A program made the position numbers and the translations under genes. Below, one piece after another: positions 9,728 to 16,531 of a stretch of 32,690 nt of DNA. Source of the stretch: a virus (Duplodnaviria; Caudoviricetes); the IMG/VR virus record IMGVR_UViG_3300020420_000007, positions 1 to 32,690 of that record; one strand, given 5' to 3'. The notes under the pieces were generated by a model. That model saw only the letters and a program-made list of their open reading frames with translations, did no database searches and was not told the origin of the DNA. Position 1 is the first letter of the stretch, and the number at the start of each line of letters is the position of its first letter.

Positions 9728-9962
9728 TTTTTATCTTTTCTAAGAGCTGATCTCGTGCTGACTTCACTCCTATCTCTTCGTTGGTTCTCTCAAGCCATGC
9801 ATCTAGTTGCTTTATATCGTACTTCTTAATGATCGGGTGCGGCTTAGGAAAGCCCGACTGCTCAAAGAATTCTCTTCTGCTGCTAAATACCGATTGCGTG
9901 ATCCCGATATAATTAAGAGCCTCAGTCTTATTAATCATTCTTGGCTGTATTGATATTGGCAT
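9714..9962 (-). CDS. xis: Excisionase / AlpA-like HTH recombination directionality factor
   Basis: PRMINKTEALNYIGI...GFPKP...YD...LDAWL; overlaps the int start. Confidence 0.8.
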   Translation of the reverse strand: MPISIQPRMINKTEALNYIGITQSVFSSRREFFEQSGFPKPHPIIKKYDIKQLDAWLERTNEEIGVKSARDQLLEKIKSGNV

Positions 9963-9964
9963 AA

Positions 9965-10132
9965 CTACTCCGCTATTCTAACGGTTACGTTTGCATATCC
10001 TTCTGGGTTGAGTGATTCTTTCGGCACACTTTGCAAGGCTTCTGCTTCTGTATCAGCCTCTATCACTTTATGCTCAATATGCTCGCTGCCTTCTTTGATG
10101 GTCTTTACGACTTCTACGTTATAAATTTCCAT
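9965..10132 (-). CDS. Small acidic hypothetical protein, 55 aa (MEIYNVEVVKT...VRIAE), not in the ORF track
   Basis: Strong SD TAAGGAG; fills the gap up to xis; VIEADTEAEA motif typical of small phage proteins. Confidence 0.75.
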   Translation of the reverse strand: MEIYNVEVVKTIKEGSEHIEHKVIEADTEAEALQSVPKESLNPEGYANVTVRIAE

Positions 10133-10153
10133 GGTTTTCTCCTTAAATTAATC

Positions 10154-10220
10154 GGGCGGTGGCAGGATTCGAACCTACGTATTATCACGTGCTAAACCTA
10201 ACCATTCAGACACACCGCCC
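10154..10220 (-). ncRNA. tRNA-like RNA / pseudo-tRNA (His-like) with a disrupted anticodon arm and no encoded CCA
   Basis: GGGCGGTG/CACCGCCC 8-bp acceptor stem; TG-TCT-GAATGGTT-AGG D-arm; GTAGG-TTCGAAT-CCTGC T-arm; only 18 nt between the D- and T-arms. Confidence 0.7.
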
Positions 10221-10222
10221 TA

Positions 10223-10241
10223 ACCCTCTAAAATAGAGGGT
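10223..10241. terminator. Perfect hairpin ACCCTCTA-AAA-TAGAGGGT (U-tract only on the + strand)
   Basis: 8-bp inverted repeat directly between the 377-aa gene stop and the tRNA-like element. Confidence 0.45.
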
Positions 10242-10245
10242 GTTT

Positions 10246-11379
10246 TTACATCCCCATAATTTGATCTTTAAGTTTTCCTAATCCTTGCTTGCCTAGCTGA
10301 GTAGTGAACTCGTCACCAATGGCTTGCAGCACCTCCATTTTGTCTGCACCTGATTTTAGTACATCGATGACCACATGGGCTTTTAGCTTGGCTTCACTCT
10401 GGTTGCTATGCGGTAATGCTGCAACTTCTTCTAAGGTCGGGAGTGGCTCATTAACAGGCTCGGCTTCTTGCTCCGGTTCAGGTGAAGGATCGGATTTTTC
10501 TGTATTGGATTTCAGTTTATCCTTTAACGCTGAATTACCCTTGTTTGCCTCAGTCTTACTGGCGCTTTTTTGCTTAGGCTTTTCTTCTTCCTCTTTCAAG
10601 GAAAGGTCAAACCAATCCGATATATCCGACATGCCGTCACGCATACTATTGTAAATGTTCATGAGTGTAACCATTTGCTGAGGCTGAATTGTATCGACTC
10701 TCCTCTGTATTCTGGCTTCTATCATGTTTTTATTAACGCCATACTCTTCAAACTTCTCAAGCATTTTGGCTATGCGCTCTTTGCTAATATCAATATTGTC
10801 AACTAAGGTTTTTTGGCATTGGTTTACGGCTGCTTCCACAACATCGCCCGGAACAATCTTTAAGATGCAGGCTCTCAAGCGTCTGGCTGCCTGATTGGCG
10901 CATAATTCATAAATATCACGCTCATCTTTCAAAGCATAAGAGCCTTTCTTAGTATCACGCTTGTGAAGCACATAGAAGGTAACCGATTCTCTGCGGTTGG
11001 TTTGTGTATCCCAAGCCCAAGCCTCAATTTCACTGCGTCCGACTTCTCTATTAACCTCACGCCAGCCCGATTGAATATTCTGCCAACCCGTCGCAATGGC
11101 TTCCGCAAGCCTGATTGATGGACCGGTAATATTGGTACCGCCTCTGGCGTATTGATAGATTGCTGACTTTGCTAAGGTTTCTCTAGTACAGTCATTCAAT
11201 ATATCCTCTACTGCTTCGATTTTGTTGCGTGGGAATTGTTTAGCAAGCATGATTGCAGCCTGCACCTCAGCAATTGAGCGCTGAACATTGGCTTGCCCTG
11301 ATGATCCCATTACTGCATTGTTGGGGGCAGATACCACTTCGTTTCCTGCAAATGGATTATGTTCGTTATGTTGTTTCAT
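10246..11379 (-). CDS. YqaJ-partner recombination protein, putative single-strand annealing protein
   Basis: AKQFPR..AIYQYARGG..ITGPSIRLAE motif of a phage family found beside YqaJ nucleases; low-complexity C-terminal tail; function inferred from synteny. Confidence 0.6.
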   Translation of the reverse strand: MKQHNEHNPFAGNEVVSAPNNAVMGSSGQANVQRSIAEVQAAIMLAKQFPRNKIEAVEDILNDCTRETLAKSAIYQYARGGTNITGPSIRLAEAIATGWQNIQSGWREVNREVGRSEIEAWAWDTQTNRRESVTFYVLHKRDTKKGSYALKDERDIYELCANQAARRLRACILKIVPGDVVEAAVNQCQKTLVDNIDISKERIAKMLEKFEEYGVNKNMIEARIQRRVDTIQPQQMVTLMNIYNSMRDGMSDISDWFDLSLKEEEEKPKQKSASKTEANKGNSALKDKLKSNTEKSDPSPEPEQEAEPVNEPLPTLEEVAALPHSNQSEAKLKAHVVIDVLKSGADKMEVLQAIGDEFTTQLGKQGLGKLKDQIMGM

Positions 11380-11410
11380 TGTTTTATTTCCTATAAATTT
11401 TATATGTTGG

Positions 11411-12328
11411 TTATTTAACTAAGAATCGTCTGGAAGCCGTACCCTCAATACAGTAGTCAGCATACATTCCAGGGTAATCTGCTTTAAAAGATTTACTATC
11501 AAAACGCTTAGATGGTTTTGATGATTTCCATGTGCATAGCTTCTTGCCTTGGTAGGTCAAAGTATCATACTCTCCCATGTGCAATTGAATGGCGGTTTTG
11601 ATTTCCTTTTCTTCTGCTGCATAGCTTTTTTGTTGAGCCTGAACATTTTTAAGCTGCTCTATTTTTTCATATAATAGATTATCAGCCTCAACCTCACCCT
11701 CCTTTGAGTGCTTGTATAACAATGCAACATCCTCTGCATTAAAAGGATCGGGCGCATTACCTTCTTTTAGGTTGTTCCAGAATAATTTTTCCTGATTAAT
11801 AAGGATTTGCTGTAGCTCTTTATCAGCCTCAACTTCGTATAGACGGAAATCCGACCCACCTATAAGAACCGCAATATCAGCAACCTGAAGTCCTGTAACA
11901 GCCATATAGTGCTGAACCTGAACCAGATAATTATCAGGTATTTCGTCACTGCCTTCCTCTCCCCAATTATCAGGAAACCGTGTTGTTTTAATTTCAAGCA
12001 AGCGGTTATCTTCTGTCACGCCGTCAAGGCTCGCTAACATAAAAGGATGTTTTTTACTTCTGACAATCTGATGCGTATCAAGGACTTTGCGACCTGTACG
12101 CTCTGCATATTGATCTCTGATTACAGGCTCTAAGACCCTTCCCCACAGCATCGCTTCATTATCAGGAGTGTGAGAGCCGTTTATCTTTTGCATGTATATA
12201 TCCAGTGGCGTATTATACTTACTAACTCCAAGAATTGCAGCAGCCTCAGAACCACCTATCCCACTTCTACGCACTTCTAGCCATTCTGGCGTACCTTGCG
12301 CAGCATTAATTATATCTATGTTTTCCAT
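11411..12328 (-). CDS. YqaJ/lambda-exonuclease family recombination nuclease
   Basis: EWLEVRRSGIGGSEAAAILG, WGRVLEP, ASLDG, LEIKT, YLVQVQHYM. Confidence 0.93.
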   Translation of the reverse strand: MENIDIINAAQGTPEWLEVRRSGIGGSEAAAILGVSKYNTPLDIYMQKINGSHTPDNEAMLWGRVLEPVIRDQYAERTGRKVLDTHQIVRSKKHPFMLASLDGVTEDNRLLEIKTTRFPDNWGEEGSDEIPDNYLVQVQHYMAVTGLQVADIAVLIGGSDFRLYEVEADKELQQILINQEKLFWNNLKEGNAPDPFNAEDVALLYKHSKEGEVEADNLLYEKIEQLKNVQAQQKSYAAEEKEIKTAIQLHMGEYDTLTYQGKKLCTWKSSKPSKRFDSKSFKADYPGMYADYCIEGTASRRFLVK

Positions 12329-12329
12329 A

Positions 12330-12482
12330 TTACCTTCCCATCCATTGAATTATCATTTGATTAACCGGTTGCTCGAAACGCAATAGCCATAAGAGAAATA
12401 CGATCAAGATCACGAAACTTAATGTGTTAAGCGTGTCATCACGCAAGCACTGCCAGCTTCCTTTTAGGATTTCTTTGATCAC
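12330..12482 (-). CDS. Small single-TM protein, 50 aa (GTG start; the track's longer start is unlikely)
   Basis: SD AGGAGG before GTG; GTGA overlap with the upstream ORF stop; LSFVILIVFLLWLL TM segment. Confidence 0.65.
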   Translation of the reverse strand: MIKEILKGSWQCLRDDTLNTLSFVILIVFLLWLLRFEQPVNQMIIQWMGR

Positions 12483-12610
12483 TTGCACCTCCTTGGCAGT
12501 GTTCTGCAATAAGGTATGCGATAAACCACACAAAATTGCTCGTATTCCTGATAATCAACACCGAACCAGAGGATTTGCCCCGTATCTTTTGAATAAATAT
12601 CGTATAACAT
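12479..12610 (-). CDS. First gene of the PL operon, 43 aa (MLYDIYSKDTGQILWFG...RRCK), not in the ORF track
   Basis: SD AAGGGA; coupled to the next gene; lies just downstream of PL. Confidence 0.6.
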   Translation of the reverse strand: MLYDIYSKDTGQILWFGVDYQEYEQFCVVYRIPYCRTLPRRCK

Positions 12611-12699
12611 GACTGATTCCCTTTTATACTTAACTTTAACCCTCCGTCCCGTCGTGGTTCTCAGCGATTAACACACTTGTTTGGGTGGGTATGATTGTT

Positions 12700-12751
12700 A
12701 GTATATAGGAGGAAATATCATCCGTCAATATAAAAGGAGGAAATATACACC
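12700..12751 (-). promoter_or_regulatory. PL promoter with operators OL1/OL2
   Basis: Minus strand TTGACG(12728-12723)-N17-TATACT(12705-12700); GAGGAAATATCATC (12709-12722) in the spacer; GAGGAAATATACAC (12737-12750). Confidence 0.85.
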
Positions 12752-12969
12752 TATTCTGCTATATAGTCATAAAATTTTCGACACTTAGCATAATGGGGGC
12801 AGGTGAGGTTATGAGAGTTGCGGAGTCCTGACTCAAGGCATGGCTTGGCAACCTTGCAATCAGGAAGCTTTAAGAATCTACGACGTGCATGGATATGCTC
12901 TACCTCCTGATGAGGCGTAACGGTTCGTATGCGCTGTTTTTTGGCTGTTTGGTAGCAGATTACGGACAT
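12751..12969 (-). CDS. Cys/His-rich hypothetical protein, 72 aa (possible Zn-binding)
   Basis: C..x5..C...CPHYAKC pattern; fills the gap between the accessory genes and OL; no clear SD. Confidence 0.5.
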   Translation of the reverse strand: MSVICYQTAKKQRIRTVTPHQEVEHIHARRRFLKLPDCKVAKPCLESGLRNSHNLTCPHYAKCRKFYDYIAE

Positions 12970-13007
12970 AACACTATAATTAATTTGTTATAGTATTATT
13001 AAAAAAG

Positions 13008-13023
13008 GTTAAGGAAGGGTTAA
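13008..13023 (-). promoter_or_regulatory. CtrA-type binding box TTAA-N7-TTAAC over the -35 of a putative promoter
   Basis: Minus strand TTAA-CCCTTCC-TTAAC; TACTAT -10 at 12995-12990 places the -35 inside the box. Confidence 0.55.
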
Positions 13024-13038
13024 TTATTATGGATTAGT

Positions 13039-13950
13039 TTAGGGTTTCTGGGGTGTTTGGGGTTTGTTTCCAGATTGATTTAATGCCTTGGTCTCTTTAA
13101 GGTCTTCACGGAGTGATCTCAAAATCTCTTCATGTCTTTTTTCTTTTGCTCTATCAATTGACAGATTATGCTCTAAAGCCCTTTCAAACTGATTTCTATC
13201 AGCCTCCATTTGTTGAAGTATCATTTTATTCTCTGATTTGATTGCTTCAATACTTTTCTCGGAAGATTCTTTAGAAATGCTTTGAACAGAAAAAACAAGA
13301 GGGATCGTAATTGCAAGGATTCCTATAACAGAAGAAACACCAGTAACAATTATAGTTGTTTTTGTATTCTTGTTATTTTCAACTAAAGTTTCAACTTTCT
13401 CATTCAAGCTATCAAACCTAGAATTTAAAACAGCCTGACCTTTGTCTAAATCAGATACTTTGCTGTTTAAATGATCGAATTTACTATCCAGTTTATCAAC
13501 TGTTTTGTTAAGATGGTCAACTTTATCATTAAGCGTTTCAACACTTCTATCAAGGTGATCCACCTTACTTTCTACCGCAGAAACTCGGCTCTCTAAGTTG
13601 TCTGTTTGCTGCTCGTTTAACATGTTTTTACCCAACATTGTTTCGGTATCATTATCAGTACTGTTTATTGATAAATCATTAAACATATCATCTATTGTAG
13701 CACATCCCTCTTCATTTAAGGAACTAGTAATATCAGGAGAGGTAATCTGGGTATATATGTCCTTTAAATCATCCTCACTTATATGGTTGGGTACAGCAAT
13801 GGTTTTACCATCAGGAGTTTCATACAAATCAATAGCTGTATTGTTTTTATCTATAGGCGAAGGCGTAGATGAGGTTGAATTCTTATCTTTGTGGTCGTAC
13901 TGCTTGCCATCGTCTATGTTATAAACATTATTGTCAGTAGCGTCGCTCAT
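13039..13950 (-). CDS. Membrane-anchored coiled-coil protein (acidic disordered N-term, ~10 heptads, 1 TM, second coiled coil); immunity-region accessory gene
   Basis: ESKVDHL/NDKVDHL/NKTVDKL/DSKFDHL/NSRFDSL/NEKVETL heptads; TM IIVTGVSSVIGILAITIPLVF. Confidence 0.8.
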   Translation of the reverse strand: MSDATDNNVYNIDDGKQYDHKDKNSTSSTPSPIDKNNTAIDLYETPDGKTIAVPNHISEDDLKDIYTQITSPDITSSLNEEGCATIDDMFNDLSINSTDNDTETMLGKNMLNEQQTDNLESRVSAVESKVDHLDRSVETLNDKVDHLNKTVDKLDSKFDHLNSKVSDLDKGQAVLNSRFDSLNEKVETLVENNKNTKTTIIVTGVSSVIGILAITIPLVFSVQSISKESSEKSIEAIKSENKMILQQMEADRNQFERALEHNLSIDRAKEKRHEEILRSLREDLKETKALNQSGNKPQTPQKP

Positions 13951-13953
13951 AAT

Positions 13954-14634
13954 CTAACCTTCTGCTGAAAGAATAGATTTTGCCAGATTAGATCCGTATT
14001 CAATCTTAACGCTAAAACTATCAACAATTTCCATTATATTGGCTTCAATTTTTATATCATGATGGAAATTAACAGAACATAATATTTCATTCTTTTTTTC
14101 TAATGATTGCATCAGGTTGATTGTAATTTTAACATCATTATCATTTGGATAATTGTATACCAGATCAATAGCTCCTCCAGTAAGGTGGTCGTTATCCTTT
14201 AAAGGGGTAATTTTTTCTAAAAATCGTTGTTTAATGAAAATGTCAGAGTCGTTTACCTCAAGGCCAACATGAGCATTGATACCTATTGCAGCAACAGGTG
14301 TTTTTTTATCTATTGCTGCAATAATTTTTTTAAAAGGTGCAACAATAATATCTCTATCATCTTCTTTATTTAAGTATTGTGATACTGTTAATTTGTTGGC
14401 ATGCGCTTCAAATTTTATATCTTGATTGTTATACCTAAAATTAGAATAACCCACAAGCGGGTGAGGAGAATCACCTTGGGTGAAACACCAACCATCTTTA
14501 AATGGTGTAATTTTGTTGGTTAGATAATTTGATTGAACGTACGAACCTAATGCTTCGATTTTCCCATCCTCATTCTCTTTAGTCACAGCCACAAGGAAGA
14601 ATTTAGTTAATTTTGGATTAGGCATTGTTTCCAT
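13954..14634 (-). CDS. Hypothetical soluble alpha/beta protein, immunity-region accessory gene (TIGR04255-like motifs, tentative)
   Basis: SD AAGGA; 38 bp downstream of cI; TPVAAIGINAH and VNFHHDI motifs; AT-rich. Confidence 0.75.
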   Translation of the reverse strand: METMPNPKLTKFFLVAVTKENEDGKIEALGSYVQSNYLTNKITPFKDGWCFTQGDSPHPLVGYSNFRYNNQDIKFEAHANKLTVSQYLNKEDDRDIIVAPFKKIIAAIDKKTPVAAIGINAHVGLEVNDSDIFIKQRFLEKITPLKDNDHLTGGAIDLVYNYPNDNDVKITINLMQSLEKKNEILCSVNFHHDIKIEANIMEIVDSFSVKIEYGSNLAKSILSAEG

Positions 14635-14672
14635 AGTTCCTTTTATTTGTTGATTCTATATCTTTATCTTTT

Positions 14673-15083
14673 TTACTCACTGGCACTCGCTTTCTTATTC
14701 ATAAATTGCATTTTGCGCTTGACGTTGTTCTTATACTCAAACGCAATAAATTCTGCCTTCTCTTCGGGCTTTGGATTTATTTCCATTGTCTCGTATGCAC
14801 CTTCTACAAATTTTATAGCGTCATTTAGGCATTCTTCGTCTAACTCTTCCAAAGTCTTTGTATTAATTTTTTCTATATCATCAATTTCACCAATTAAGTA
14901 TGCAACCGTACAATCCAGCTCTTTTGCAATAGCAGATACCATTTCGATTCCAGGGCTCCTGGATCGACCGTAAATTATATCCTTCACAGCCGATTCGCCT
15001 TTGCCCATTAATCTAGCAAGTCTAGCTGGTGATATACCTCTAATTTTAATCGTCTCTATTAGTCTTGTTCTAAATATTTCCAT
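14673..15083 (-). CDS. cI: CI-like XRE HTH repressor lacking an S24 autopeptidase domain
   Basis: GISPARLARLMGKGESAVKDIIYGRSRSPG..IAKELDCTVAYLIGE; 136 aa; divergent from cro. Confidence 0.88.
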   Translation of the reverse strand: MEIFRTRLIETIKIRGISPARLARLMGKGESAVKDIIYGRSRSPGIEMVSAIAKELDCTVAYLIGEIDDIEKINTKTLEELDEECLNDAIKFVEGAYETMEINPKPEEKAEFIAFEYKNNVKRKMQFMNKKASASE

Positions 15084-15085
15084 AC

Positions 15086-15170
15086 GAGGAACTATACTCT
15101 TTTTTTATTTTGTATTCATGGATGAATATTACACCTTGACATAGATGATATTTCCTCTTAAAATTCACTT
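15086..15170. promoter_or_regulatory. Divergent PRM/PR switch with three operators
   Basis: PR TTGACA(15136)-N17-TAAAAT(15159); OR1 GATGATATTTCCTC 15144-15157 is the exact reverse complement of OL1; OR2 15121-15134; OR3 GAGGAACTATACTC 15086-15099; PRM -10 TATAGT (15096-15091) with a weak -35. Confidence 0.85.
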
Positions 15171-15386
15171 ATGACTAGGAATTTTTTGAAAGAAATTATA
15201 ATTGATGTTGAATCGTTTAGAGAACGACACTCTATGTCACGTTCTGCTTTTGGAAAAAGCTGCGTGAATGACCATTTATTACTTTCAAGAATAGATGATG
15301 GTAAATCAATTACTACACGCACTGTAGACCGCATTTACAATTTCATGGATGATTATGATAAAAATGTTAAGAAGTCAAGCGATTAG
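15171..15386 (+). CDS. cro: Cro-like HTH regulator (alphaproteobacterial prophage type)
   Basis: VESFRERHSMSRSAFGKSCVNDHLLLSRIDDGKSITTRTVDRIYNFM; divergent from cI. Confidence 0.82.
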   Translation: MTRNFLKEIIIDVESFRERHSMSRSAFGKSCVNDHLLLSRIDDGKSITTRTVDRIYNFMDDYDKNVKKSSD

Positions 15387-15576
15387 TTAGTAATAACAAT
15401 TGGTTACGTTTTTTTTAGCGGATATTTTCATTTTGTGCGTTTTAAAGCTCAATTGTAGATTAGTTAATAGGTTAACTATTTAAACTCAGGACAGAGGTTA
15501 TGAAAAGCAATTTATTGGTTATTGAATAACATAGTGCAGAGAGAGTAGTAAGTAATTAAGCAATGGTTTAGCAGTC

Positions 15577-15936
15577 ATGCTCAAAACATCTGAAAAACAG
15601 GTTATGAAAGCGATTACCGAGCTATTGGAAAGCAAATATCGTAACCGTGTCAGCGCATGGCGTAATAATACCGGAACGGCATTTTATGAGAATAAAAAAG
15701 GCAGCAGAAGGCGTGTATCGTATGGCTTGAAAGGTAGTTCCGATTATATCGGGCTGATAAAGCCAACAGGACGCTTCTTAGGCATAGAAGCGAAAGGTGA
15801 TGACGGTAAGCAGCGTAAAGAGCAATCACAATTTGCAGACATGATTACGGACTATGGAGGAATTTACATACTGGCATACTCTGCCGACACCGTAGAGCAA
15901 GTATTAGATCGCTATTTGCAATCATTGGGGAAGTAA
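15577..15936 (+). CDS. VRR-NUC family PD-(D/E)xK nuclease (probable junction resolvase)
   Basis: SEKQVMKAI, WRNNTG, GSSDYIG, FLGIEAK..GKQRKEQ..F...GGIYILA. Confidence 0.9.
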   Translation: MLKTSEKQVMKAITELLESKYRNRVSAWRNNTGTAFYENKKGSRRRVSYGLKGSSDYIGLIKPTGRFLGIEAKGDDGKQRKEQSQFADMITDYGGIYILAYSADTVEQVLDRYLQSLGK

Positions 15937-15977
15937 TGGAAGGCTACATTAAATTGCATCGCAGGCTACAAAGTCTA
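15936..15977 (+). pseudogene. Stub of a replication-initiator N-terminus (MEGYIKLHRRLQSL), interrupted by the RNA-switch cassette
   Basis: G(W/Y)IKLHR is the typical start of phage initiators; coupled to the VRR-NUC stop; the frame then reads through RNA hairpins. Confidence 0.55.
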
Positions 15978-16070
15978 TTGACTTTAAACCAAGGGTGGAG
16001 TACGTTTGGTTATGGAGCTTCAAACTCCTCAATAAGCGGAAACCGCACCCGACAGTTAAGCGGTTTTTTT
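15978..16070 (+). promoter_or_regulatory. Promoter and attenuator leader of the C4/CI-type cassette
   Basis: TTGACT-N17-TACGTT; GGAG-CTTCAAA-CTCC hairpin; competing GCGG-AAA-CCGC hairpin versus AACCGC/GCGGTT-T5 terminator. Confidence 0.75.
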
Positions 16071-16096
16071 GTGCCTAATGTAAAGTTTCTTTTTGC

Positions 16097-16171
16097 ATCG
16101 GGTGTGGGCGAATATAATACCTCTCGAGGAAATAAACCCGCAGTTCTTATTGGCTGTTTGAAGCACCCGAT
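16097..16171 (+). ncRNA. P4 CI / P1 C4-like antisense immunity RNA
   Basis: Outer stem ATCGGGTG/CACCCGAT, inner hairpins; exposed CTTATTG (16146-16152) and GTTTGAAGC (16156-16164) are complementary to targets both upstream and downstream. Confidence 0.78.
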
Positions 16172-16219
16172 ACCATTTTCGGTATCATTATTCATTCAAA
16201 AAACAATAAGGAAACTATC

Positions 16220-16462
16220 ATGTCTAAAGAAAAATTCATTACACCAAGAAACCAAATCGATAGTAGCATCTGCGCTATTGCAAGGGTTGAATCAATGGCT
16301 AAATCAGCTTTATATGTCGTTGATAGAGTGCGTAGCGAGATGTCAACAGCAGACGAAGAATATTTCGCAGTATTTACCACAATGTGTGGGCTGTTCGAGT
16401 CTATCCAGCACCATGCTGCGAAGATTGGCGAGGACATCGAGAAAGCAATTAATTCCATGTAA
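16220..16462 (+). CDS. Orphan helical 80-aa protein under antisense control (Icd/Kil/antirepressor position)
   Basis: SD AAGGA overlapped by antisense targets TTCAAA (16195-16200) and CAATAAG (16204-16210). Confidence 0.75.
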   Translation: MSKEKFITPRNQIDSSICAIARVESMAKSALYVVDRVRSEMSTADEEYFAVFTTMCGLFESIQHHAAKIGEDIEKAINSM

Positions 16463-16531
16463 CAACAATCAATTTAACAATAGAAGCCACAGGAGCAGGC
16501 AACCGTTCCTTGTGTCTGAAAGGGGAGTATT

